A stretch of DNA of 64,000 nt, taken from NCBI GenBank assembly GCA_050084985.1, contig JBITNC010000002.1, positions 13,144,001 to 13,208,000 of the forward strand. The letters run 5' to 3'. The translations under genes and the position numbers were made by a program. This stretch comes from Nageia nagi. Lineage: Eukaryota > Plantae > Pinophyta. The notes under the pieces were generated by a model, which worked only from the letters and a program-made list of their open reading frames with translations, ran no database searches and was not told where the DNA came from. Shown piece after piece: positions 53,201-64,000 of this stretch. Positions within the stretch are counted from its first letter, which is position 1, and each line of letters begins with the position of its first letter.

Positions 53201-55067
53201 CTCATTCAATGTAGCCCATAATGAGGGGACAACAACACCCAATGCCACCTTGACTTTATCAGTCAACATACCATCATACGCAACCCTTATTATTATGTCA
53301 ACTATGATCGAAAACAATATAACACTAGACCTCCCAATAATGATAGCTGATAACACTCTCATTGTGACATTATGAAAGCCCTTGTCTTCCAAAGTGAAAT
53401 CTGAAATCAACAAGGCTGAATGGATGGACCATGCATACCTCTAATACCTCAAGTGATCATTTGGAACACAAGGTTCCATACTCATGGCTATACGTATTTC
53501 CTTGTGGACTAAAAATGCGAGAGGGAATCCTCCAATATTTGTGCAAATGATGTAGCTATCAACAGTCTCTCTTCTTTTTTGTATGCAATTGTTTATGCCA
53601 AGAACAAGATTAGTGATCAACAAAGCTGTATTGAAGAACAAGTCATACCTTCCCAAAGCAAGGAGCTCATTTTCCAAGCTAAAATCCCTATGGATCCATG
53701 GTGCCCAAACTCTCTAAGAGTCTCGACTCATGAATCTCTCTTCGTGGCTCAAATGTGACATGCCTCCTCTCCTCAAGGTCCAACATGAAGTTTCCAAGTC
53801 TTCCAAAGCTCCATGTGAGGGGTTTTATCAAGCCTATCCCAGGCATTGGGTATCCAAGACCCCAAGGATCTCCACAGTATCTTTGGCTCCTTCATCATCC
53901 AATGTGGATCCCATAAGCTTATAGAGTCTCATCATGGCAATCTCCACCTCCTCCAATCCTGATGTGGGGTGCCCAAGCCTCTAAAGGCTCAATGTGGGCT
54001 CCCTAAGCTTTCTCGGACCCAAGGTAGGGTGATCGACCACTTCTTCCTCCAACATGGGATGCCTAGGCCTCCTCATACCCGATGTAGACCATGATGGCTC
54101 CTCCAATCCAACTATGCCCACTCCATGCTCCTTAAACTGCAATGCAGGGCACAAGAGCTCTTCCATACTTGACATCCCCCCTCTAAGATCTCTAGAATGC
54201 AATGTGGGGTGTGGGGACTCCATGACAATCATGGCCCCTCTTGGCTCCTCAAGTTGCAATGTGGCTTCTCCTTCTATCTTATTTTTCTGAAGGCATTTTC
54301 CTCAAACACGTTTGGATATTGATCTAGGATGCCTTGGATCTCGGACGATTGCTCCTTGGCCCCCCCAATATCCAACGTGGGGTCTCCCTTAGCCAATGTA
54401 AAGATGCATATCCCCTTAATAGCTCTTTTATGAATTGTAGCATCCACATTCTTTGCCAAGATCACTTTCGTAATTGCTTCCAATTCATAGCTTGTGGTAC
54501 TAGATTAAGGTGCTATCTCTCGTTTGTTAGAATTTGTAATGAAATATTGTGAATATCTAAACTCCTTGTAAATTCAATTAATCACTTAAGGGTATGTAGA
54601 TACCTTAAGAGATTAATTGAATTCTTTAATATGTAGACTTTGACTTTACCAAAGTGGTTAGTTGGTAGGTTGAAGTTAGGTGATACATTTAATGTAACCC
54701 TAACCTTACCCTTCGGTTAAAGGAAGGTTAGGGAGGTGCTCTCAAGCTATAAATAGAGGGCCTCTCCTCTTGTAAACATATCTAAATCTTGGAGTAAGAT
54801 TACTCTACTTGTTGTGTAGGAGAGAGCAAGAGAATAGTTGTAAGAGAGACATAGATTGAGAATAGAGAACTAGTTGTGGATGTACTCCCAAGGAGGGAGG
54901 AACCACATTATATTGGTGTCATATTGTGTGAATGATGTTCGTAGAATTATAGATATGTTATCTTGAGTGATTATGTTATCTTGTGTACACTTGAGTTTCC
55001 TAGTCTTAGGTCCTAGAGGATTTGTTTAGATATAGTTCAAATCCTTCAATTGGTATCAGAGCCATGT

Positions 55068-55145
55068 TGTGGAAGCTCTTCTTCTAGGTGTAGAAGCTCT
55101 TCTTGGTGTGGAAGCTCTTCTTTTGGTGTGGAAGCTACATCTTGG
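55068..55145 (+). repeat. ~20-bp tandem repeat (GTGGAAGCTCTTCTT..G, 4 units) just after the PBS
   Basis: Direct reading. Confidence 0.85.
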
Positions 55146-58014
55146 AGGTTCTTCATCCTTCTTCATTCTTCATCTTACACCCCATTGGTGAGGTAAATTT
55201 TTTAGAAAAGGTATAAAGTTCCTCCTTATTTGATCATTTTTTTGGATTATTGAATTAGATACTAACATATTTTGTGAGATATTGGAGCTTATTTCTTGCA
55301 AAATATGATGAAAATGACAATGCAAGTCGTATTTTTTACTAACCTCTTATGTTAGTAGCAATTTTTTTTTACAAAAATGCTCAATACATGCTATATTTTT
55401 TAAGAGGATACTATGAAATGCCAATATTTTTACTACCATTTTTTATGTTAGTAGTATTATGTTATTACTATTTGCTTAAAAAATAGTAATATATTATTGT
55501 GACATTTCTCCTACATATACTACCATTTTTTATGTTAATGGTATTTTTTGAAGCATGAATATTTAAAAGTTTGAGAGTAGGACAATTTTTTAGTTCTACC
55601 ACAATTTTAGGGGCACAATAATATATTCAAAGGCTCTATATATATATATATAGATATTTCTTATTTTGTTTTAACTTTGTTTAAAATAATTAAAACAAAA
55701 TTATATATATATTTTTATTTCCATCCAAAATATATATATATCTATTTTTTATATTTTAAATCTGTTTAAAATATAAATCAAAATATATATTTTTTATATT
55801 TTAAATTCGTTTAAAATATCATCAAACATATATATATATATATTTTTAAAATCTATTTAAAAAAAAAATAATCAACAAATATATATATTATAAAATGTTT
55901 AAAAACAGGGGGGGTCACGTTAAATACATTAAAACCATATCAATTTATTAAAATCGTATACAATCAGGGGGGGTCCTCCATGCGCGCGCGGCCCTTGGTG
56001 GCTCCGCCCCCACGTGCCCTCTCCTCCCAACCACCTCCGTGCTCCTCAGACTCCTCTGCCCACCCACGCGACGCTGCTGCAGACCCCCTTTTTTGGATTA
56101 CAGTGCTCCTACCAAACCTGCAACCAGTTCGCCACCCTCCCCCCACGATTGAGGACCGCCTATCGCTGCATGCTACCGATAGAGTTCCACAAATTGATGC
56201 ACCAGCTGCCTGCTACAGATCGAGTCCTTCAGATCCACGTGATGCATGGTGCAACCACAGTTCCATGGTCGGCGGGCTATGCGCAGCGTAGAGGAGGGCA
56301 AGCACGTGTTTGTTTGACACCATGCAGGATGCTCACAGCACCTGCACACGACCCTGGCAATGCTAAGCAGGCACTCGCCCTTCCATGATCCCAGCATATG
56401 CACAAGATGGCTACCTTACACTGTCCACGGCTTGCATAGTGATTGCAGGCCATGCACTTCACCCCGCTTCCATGGACTTCACTGCTCCCAGGATATTCCC
56501 CAGGTTGCAAACACCGTTTCCTGGACTGAAGTGCTCGCTGGATCTACACAACACGGATCAAGGCTCTGTTCTGATTTTTAACATGACCCTCCTCCCTAGC
56601 CGCCCTGACGTCGTGCCTTCGGTGGTCAACAACCGCCCCCCGCGCCTCACGCGACCTCCACCCCTCTACATGGCCTCCTTGCCGCCTTGGACTCACTCTG
56701 CAGTCCAACCTCTCCCACTCCACGTGACTCACCACCCTTCTACACACTTTGGTCTCTCCTGCCACCCCTGCCCAGCTTCTCAACCTCCATGAGGCTTACA
56801 CATGGCCCTTTTTACTTTTCTTTGTCAACCTTTAGTTGTTGGGTATTTATTTTTTTTACCCACTTCAAATTTGATTTGATTTTTTGTCTTAGTCACACTT
56901 AAATATTTAAAGTTTACCCCTTAAAGTGACAACCAGACAACCTCACACTTAAACATAATTTTTTAGCATCCAAGTTGTTAGCACTTTAAGTAAAAATGGA
57001 GGGGATTTTTATCATTTTTTACTTAAAGCTAAATAGATCTTGCATGCTAAATAGATCTTGTATGTTATGCTAAATGGATCTTGCATGCTAAGTTTAAAAT
57101 GCATGCCTCTTAACATTGTTACGATTAAAGCATGCTTAGTACTTAAATTTATAAGTTAAAATGCATGATGCATGTTTAAAACTTAATTTTAAGTCATGGA
57201 CTAATACATGTTTAAGTTATGGATTAATGCTAAATAGGACTTAGCATTTGAAAAATTCATTATTTTTGAACTTGAGCAAAAATATGAAAAATGTAAAAGT
57301 CCTTTAGGGGTTAGTATAAAACCCATTGGACTCAATTTTGGCCTCTTAAGGTTTCAAGTTCATGTGGATGGAGTATTTTCACTTTACTTTATATTTTTGC
57401 ACATTTGCTTTATACTTGCAATACGCAAAAATTTGAAAGTAACCCCTAAAATGAATACATCTGCACGTATTTTCCACAACATGACTTGTTTGGGGAGCCA
57501 CGAGGTGAGGACAGGGTAGACTGGAGCCCTTTTAGTCTGAAGAACCAAGTGGTGGTAAGTCCGTCTTAATTGCCCCTAAGACCTTTGTTGGATTGGACAT
57601 AACTCTATTAGGTGGACAGGCATGTGTGTAGTGATACCACATGTCCGCATGTCCATTCAGGGATTATCCTGATAACCTAAGAGGAAAACTGAAAACCTTA
57701 ATCAAGATAATTAAAATGGTCGGTCCAAGATACGTCGGATCCTTGGAAAATAGTTAGTACTTCTCCTTGTGAGAGTATATTACTGACCAAGGTGAACTAG
57801 TTGAGGACTGGTAGTACCTGGGCTCCACCTTGCGGGCATCCAGGTGAAGGCCTAATTCTATACAAGAAAACAACCCCAACTTTATCCTTCTATGGATCGT
57901 GGTTAATAAATTTGCACATGTAGGACATGTTTGCTTATTAGATGTTTTATTTGTATAGATGGAAAATTGTAAAAGTTTGCATTCTTATTGCATATTTACT
58001 CTTTTTTTGTAGCA

Positions 58015-61000
58015 ATGGTTGAAACCTTCATTCCCAAGCATATACTCGATGGTTCCAACTTTGGAATATGGGAACCTCGTATGAAAGCTGAGTTACAAGC
58101 AAAGAAGCTGTGGCAGACAGTTAGTGAAGACTTGGTCGCTCCTACCGATGAGAAGGCTCTTGAAGTATACAACTCAAAGAATGAGTTAGCAACTTCAATG
58201 ATTTATCGTGCAGTTTCAAATGATGTCCTTCTCATGATTTCTTCATCAACTTCAGCAAAGGAAGCTTGGGATAGGCTAAAGAAAATTTACCTTAGGTCCA
58301 AATTTTCAAGGAGGTTTACCATTCTACAAAAGTTGTTGTAGTATCGACAAAGTGAAGATGAAAGTGCCTCCATCTACTTAAACAAAATCATTGACCTCAG
58401 GACACAATTGGTTGGTTGTGGGTGCAACTGGATCAATGATGAGTTCATGGTCTTCATCATTCTTCAAAGCCTTACTACAAAGTTAAGTAACTTTGTCACG
58501 GTTATGGAAACAAGGCTCGATGATGAAGAAGATGTCATCTCACTTGATAACCTTTCTAGACTTCTTCTGAAGCATGAGAAAACTTTGAACAAGAAAATGT
58601 TGAACCTTTCTCCAAAGGACAATAGCATTGCTCTAGGAGCAACCAAAACTCCTTTCAAGAAAAAGTTCAAACATTATAAATTCAAAGACAACAAGTCCTC
58701 ATCTACCTTCAGGAAGTATGACAAAAAGGGCAACAACAATCATGGCAACTACAGGTAAAGGAATGACAAAGCTGGATCAAGCAATCCAACACCTCAGGAA
58801 AAATTTGATGGAACTTGTAACTTTTGTGGTATCTTTGGGCACAAAGAGTATGATTGTCGCAAAAAGAAATTTGCTAAAAAAGGTAAAGGAAATGCAAATG
58901 TGAGAAATTTCAATAATAGAAAGAAGAACAAGCATACTGCTACTGTTGCCTACTACTCAATGATTCAAACTATTTCAAATGATTGGATTGTTGATTCAGG
59001 ATGCACTAATCATATGTGTTATGAAAAGGATAAGTTTGAAAACTTTCATAAGTACAAGAAGGATGCAGTTGTGATAGGTGATAATACAGTCCTTGATATT
59101 CACGGAATAGGGAGTGTGAAGATTCATGGAAAGACTCTTGATAATGTCTTTTATGTGCCTAAACTAAGGATGAATCTCATCTCCGTGATTCAGATTACAA
59201 GGAAAGGATGCTCATTTGAGTTTACCTTACACTCTTAGAGTGTTAAGAAAGGACTTGCCACCTTGATGAAAGGATCAGTAAAGGATGACCTTTATATTGT
59301 GGATCAAGTACCTTCAAAGATTTGTCTTGCTGCAAATGTTTGTTCAAAAGGTAATCTTTGGCATCAATGATTAGGGCACCTTAACCACAAGAGTATTCAA
59401 GATATGAAAATTCAAGCACTTGTGGAAGGTTTACCTAATATTTCACCCATAATTGATCTTTGTGAAAGGTGCATTCTAGGAAAAATGCATAGGCAAAAGT
59501 TTGAAAAAGATAAGGCAACTCGGGCTACTTGTCCTCTTCAACTTGTGCATTCAGATTTGATGGGTCCTTTTCAGACTAAGTCCCTAGGGGGAGCTTCTTA
59601 TGTTCTGACCTTCATTGATGACTTCAGTAGGATGACATTTGGTTATCTACTTGAGCACAAGGATCAAACTTTTGACAGGTTTAGAGACTTCAAGGCACTT
59701 GTTGAAAATTAAACTGATTTTAAGATCAAGATGCTGAGATCTGATAATGGGGGTGAATATAATAGCAATGAGTTTAACAACTATTGTGTTAAACATGGGA
59801 TTAAACGATAATTCACAATCCCTTACACCCCTCAGCAAAATGGAGTTGCTGAAAGGAAGAATCGCACCATTATGGAAATGGCAAGATGCATGTTGGGTAA
59901 CCTTCCTAGTTTCTTATGGGAGAAGCTGTTCACACTGCTATTCACACCCTAAATAGGTGTCCTACTAAGGCAATTGAAGGTAAAACTCCATATGAAACAT
60001 GGACAAGAAAGAAACCTAACCTCTCACACTTCAAGGTCTTTGGTTGTGATGCATTTGCCTTTATTACCTCAGAGAAAAGAAAGAAGCTAGATAAACGATC
60101 AGAAAAATGCATCTTTGTGGGGTATGATAATCAGCATAGAGGTTACAGGCTCTACTCTTCATCCCATAAAATAGTCTTTATTTCTAGGGATGTCAAGTTC
60201 AATGAACTTTCTGAGAATACGACCTCTCATGCTGAGGTGTCTGATACAGATGATTCTTCGCCTGCACCTAACTGGTTGGATGATCATGTAGAGACGTCAC
60301 CACAAGAGCAAAATTCTCCAGCATAGAGAATTACAAGGAGTATGACCTTGAATAGCTCTTTATTTGCCAAAATTGATAATACACATGAGCCATCAACCTT
60401 CAAAGAAGCTTCCAAGCAAGAGTGTTGGATGGAAGCTATGAAAGTTGAGTATGAGGCACTCATGAAAAATGAAACTTGGGATTTGGTTCCTTATCCCAAT
60501 AAGAAAAATGTGATTGACAATAAATGGATATACAAGGTCAAGTACAATTCTGATGGAAAAATTGAAAAATACAAGGCAAGATTAGTGGCCAAAGGATTCG
60601 CTCAAAAATATGGTATTGATTATGAGGAAACCTTTGCTCCTGTGGCCAAGATACCTACTGTCAGAATAATCCTTGCTCTTTCTACAGCTCAAGGATGGAA
60701 AGCTTTTCAACTTGATGTCAAAAGTGCATTTCTCAATGGTGACTTAGATGTTGAAATCTACATGAATCAACCAGAAGGATTTATTCCAAAAGGAAAAGAG
60801 TCTCTTGTGTGTAAGCTAAAGAAGTCTTTGTATGGACTTAAGCAAGCACCTAGAGCATGGTACAAGAAAATTTCAGGATTCTTTGCAGATATTAGTTTTT
60901 CCAAGTGCTTCTCAGATTCAGATCTATATGTACTCAATCAAGGAAAAGATGTGGTCATAATTATCCTTTATGTGGATGATCTTCTCATAACAGGTAATAA

Positions 61001-61935
61001 TATTGAAATCATCCAAGAGTGCATCTCAAAACTCAAGGCAACATTTGAAATGATTGATCTAGGTCTATTACATTACTATCTTGGGATGCAAGTATACCAA
61101 CACAAAGATTGTACTTATCTTAGTCAATCTAAGTATATATCAGACATCTTGCAAAAGTTTAGAATGGAGGAGTGTAAATATGCTGCAATACCTGTTTCTC
61201 CTAGAATCGTTGTATCATTGAGCTCAGATTCTCAGTTGGCTGATGCTACAGCTTATAGATAATTGATTGGTAGTCTTCTGTATCTGACTATCTCTCGTCC
61301 TGATATTACCTTTGCAGTGAATCTGATGGCACGATTCATGCAAAAAACCATATGTTGAACACCTCAATGCTGTTAAGCAAATCTTGAGGTATGTCGTAGG
61401 GACAAAGGATCTTGCTTTTAAGTATTCCAAAGTGCCCTCAATTATTCTCTCAGGGTTCTCAGATTCTGATTATGGGGGAGATAGAGATGATAGAAAATCA
61501 ACCTCTGCATATGTGTTTAGCATTGGTTCAGGTGCTATCTCTTGGGCTTCTAAGAAGCAACCTACTATGACTCTTTCTACCACCAAAGTTGAATATCAAG
61601 CCATGTCTGTTGCTACCCAAGACACTATTTGGCTGAGGCATCTTTTGAACGAAATTGGGTATAAGCAAAATGGCCCATCTCTTATTTCATCAGATAATCA
61701 ATCGGCTATCTCTTTGGCTAAGAATCCTGTGTTCCATCAGCGAACCAAACATGTAGAAATCCAAGCTCATTTTATCAGGGAGAAGGTTCTAGATGACATC
61801 ATACACTTGCAGTATTATCCATCTACAGAAAACTCTGCTGATTTGTTCACCAAGCCCCTTCTTGAAGCTCAGTTCTGCAAGCTTAGGGCTTCTCTCGGGT
61901 TGGTGAAGTTGCCCTCAAGGGGGAGTGAAGTTTAA
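58015..61935 (+). pseudogene. Copia gag-pol (gag, CCHC, PR, IN, RT, RNase H) with stops and frameshifts
   Basis: LDGSNFGIW; CNFCGIFGHKEYDC; WIVDSGCTNHM; LVHSDLMGP..FIDDFSR; QLDVKSAFLNG, SLYGLKQAPRAW, LYVDDLL; DRKSTSAY, RTKHVE, ADLFTKPL. Confidence 0.95.
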
Positions 61936-61980
61936 ACTTTTGTTAGTGATGATAACTTCACCTCTAAGAGGCCTTTTTGA

Positions 61981-62272
61981 TTGTACATTCTAGACCTCCG
62001 TCGTAAGTTTGCTCTGCATGACAAACTTATTGTACAATTATTATTATAGAGTGTTGATTATTTTATACCTCAATGGTAAGTTTGCTCTGCGTGACAAACT
62101 TGTTGTACATTTTATACCTCCGTGGTGAGTTTACTCTGCATGAGAAACTTATTGTACAAATTTTGAGCATATAATTAATATACCTCTGTGGTAAGTTCAC
62201 TCTGCGTGATGAACTTGTTGTACATTCTATACCTCCATGGTGAGTTTGCTCTGCGTGAGAAACTTGTACAAT
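61981..62272 (+). repeat. Five ~49-bp stem-loop repeat units in the Copia 3' UTR
   Basis: ACCTCNRTSGT-RAGTTYR-CTCTGCRTGA-NRAACTT-..TGTACA; stems start at 62005, 62078, 62127, 62193, 62242. Confidence 0.92.
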
Positions 62273-63331
62273 TTTTATGCTCTATTTAAAATCAACACAT
62301 GTCTATATATAATAGGTGACTATGAGTGATGGCTTGGCATCTCTGTGATGGCTTATAGTGCACCATTGATCAGTTATTTATAAGATAACATTATTTGATT
62401 CTCTTATTTGAATATATGATGCATCTAACTGATTTTGTTTATGAGTTGCTTGTAGCATGCAGGATCTTCTTCAGAAATGCAGGTTACTCACCTTATGAAA
62501 GCAAGCTCATGGAGACTCACATGTCAGCTTAAAGTTGATCAACTACTATGTACAGTGAAACCAGTTGTGGTTAATGATTGTATTGTAAACCATTTTTTGT
62601 CAAATGGTAATGTAGTGAGTCTCATACTAGTTCTCAAAAAGATTCTCAAATATGTAAAAGTTCTCATCTCCACTTGTATCTCTATGGAGGAGAATTCTCT
62701 CTTACTCTCTCTTCTCTCTTCTACGCTCTATCCCAATATTGCATTAAGGGGGAGTGTTAGAATTTGTAATGAAATATTGTGAATATCTAAACTCTTTGTA
62801 AATTCAATTAATCACTTAAGGGTATGTAGATACCTTAAGAGATTAATTGAATTCTTTAATATGTAGACTTTGACTTTACCAAAGTGGTTAGTTGGTAGGT
62901 TGAAGTTAGGTGATACATTTAATGTAACCCTAACCTTACCCTTGGGTTAAAGGAAGGTTAGGGAGGTACTCTCAAGCTATAAATAGAGGGCCTCTCCTCT
63001 TGTAAACATATCTAAGTCTTGGAGTAGGATTACTCTACTTGGTTGTGTAGGAGAGAGCAAGAGAATAGTTGTAAGAGAGACATAGATTGAGAATAGAGAA
63101 CTAGTTGTGGATGTACTCCCAAGGAGGGAGGAACCACATTATATTGGTGTCATATTATGTGAATGATGTTCTTAGAATTATAGATGTGTTATCTTGAGTG
63201 ATTGTGTTATCTTGTGTACACTTGAGTTTCCTAATCTTAGGTCCTAGAGGATTTGTTTAGATATAGTTCAAATCCTTCATCGTTCGACTTCCTTCTTCAG
63301 ATTCAAGGTTACGTTCTCCTTGAAACCCTCT

Positions 63332-64000
63332 TATAAATTGTATGATAATTGAACTATAACATGAACAACTCTAAGCTTCCAAGATCACATGAAAGCTCAC
63401 AATATACATCTAACAAACTCACAAAGCAATCTCATAAAGATAACATAAGATGTAAGTGGTTCCTCCAACTAGGAGTACATCCACTAACTATATCTCTCTT
63501 AATCTCAAATATAAACTCTTACAATTATCTTAACTCATCTCCTAAACACTATCCTATAGCATAGCTTTACTCCACCAATTGATGTGTGATCACAAAAAGA
63601 GAGCCTTCTATTTATAGGTCAAAATCCCTCTTTAGATCACCCTTTTATCTAATGTACAAAAGCATGACATACACATCCTTTTACCCAAGGGGCATGCTTA
63701 TGATATGGACTGTAGGACAAGCTACATTATCATATTCACTTAAATACTTAAGGTATTAAATGATACCTTTAAGTATTAGTGAACTTACATAGAAGATTAT
63801 TACATAACCTTTACAATAATGCATTATATATTCCAACACTTCCTCTTAATGCAATATTGGGATAAAGCAAATAAGAGAGAAGAAAGAGAGAAAGTAAGAG
63901 AGTTCACTTCTAAATAGATACAATGGAGATGAGAACTTTATACATATTTGTGAAGTAATAAAGATCTAGTTTGAGGCTCACTATTTTGCCAAATACTATT
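63332..64000 (-). mobile_element. 3' end of a second, diverged Copia of the same family (LTR ~63332-63838, PPT, 3' UTR)
   Basis: 63839-63950 is the reverse complement of ~62650-62754 (TTAATGCAATATTGGGATA..TGGAGATGAGAACTTT); LTR shares GTGGATGTACTCC..GAGGAACCAC. Confidence 0.85.

Larger units (their letters stand above)
54525..63279 (+). mobile_element. Near full-length Ty1/copia retrotransposon (8.75 kb)
   Basis: LTRs 54525-55048 and 62755-63279 (TG..CA; ~10 substitutions + 1 indel by eye); perfect TSD TCGTT; PBS TGGTATCAGAGC 55051-55062; PPT AAGGGGGAG. Confidence 0.97.
50360..63331 (-). mobile_element. Non-autonomous gypsy-derived element, copy 3 (3' LTR 50360-51736; interior 51737-54524 and 63285-63331), interrupted by two Copia insertions
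   Basis: Same LTR start and PPT as copies 1 and 2 (GGGATGTCACA-AAGCCTCCCCTCT on +). Same 30-bp HPTL repeats (53900-54270, 52200-52400); PR-RT linker relic EIQGILDQYPNVFEE. Confidence 0.82.

Noticed and set aside
55068-55145. Heat-shock elements in the GAAGCTCTTC repeats
   Set aside because: The GAA-TTC spacing is 4 nt rather than the 2 nt required for nGAAnnTTCn.
55964-56902. Cluster of overlapping ORFs on both strands
   Set aside because: Expected from stop-codon scarcity in a GC-rich block; no recognisable domain.
57655-57695. Hammerhead ribozyme-like CTGATAA-CCT-AAG-AGG-AAAACTGAA
   Set aside because: The core deviates from CUGANGA/GAAA, there is no NUH cleavage triplet in register, and the CTGA is paired in a local hairpin.
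61981-62272. CRISPR-like repeat/spacer array
   Set aside because: Eukaryotic retrotransposon 3' UTR, no cas genes, and spacers are absent between several units and irregular in length.

Overview
AT-rich, CpG/CHG-depleted plant nuclear DNA. A large-genome gymnosperm is my inference from the low gene density and old, nested, heavily deaminated LTR elements. There is one intact host gene: a ubiquitin-40S ribosomal protein S27a fusion (minus strand, 36618-37272, one 184-bp intron, telo-box upstream). Almost everything else is transposon-derived. Three copies of a non-autonomous Ty3/gypsy family occur (1-4623, 14724-20417, 50360 onward); in them RT/RNaseH/integrase is replaced by a strictly 30-bp-periodic coding repeat. 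Also present: two gag-only Copia-type elements with TSDs, a near-full-length Copia (54525-63279, LTRs about 98% identical, TSD TCGTT), a second Copia of that family tail-to-tail with it, a non-autonomous CACTA, a hAT MITE, a hAT transposase relic, two 3'-truncated LINEs, tRNA-derived SINEs and several tandem repeats. The strongest candidates for undescribed systems are (i) the 30-bp/decapeptide repeat module in the pol-less gypsy family, (ii) an array of five covarying hairpins, each carrying a 5'-splice-site/U1 consensus, in the Copia 3' UTR, and (iii) a 2.8-kb putative leader intron with a highly structured RNA domain in the same Copia. Coordinates were read by eye; boundaries of degraded relics are approximate.
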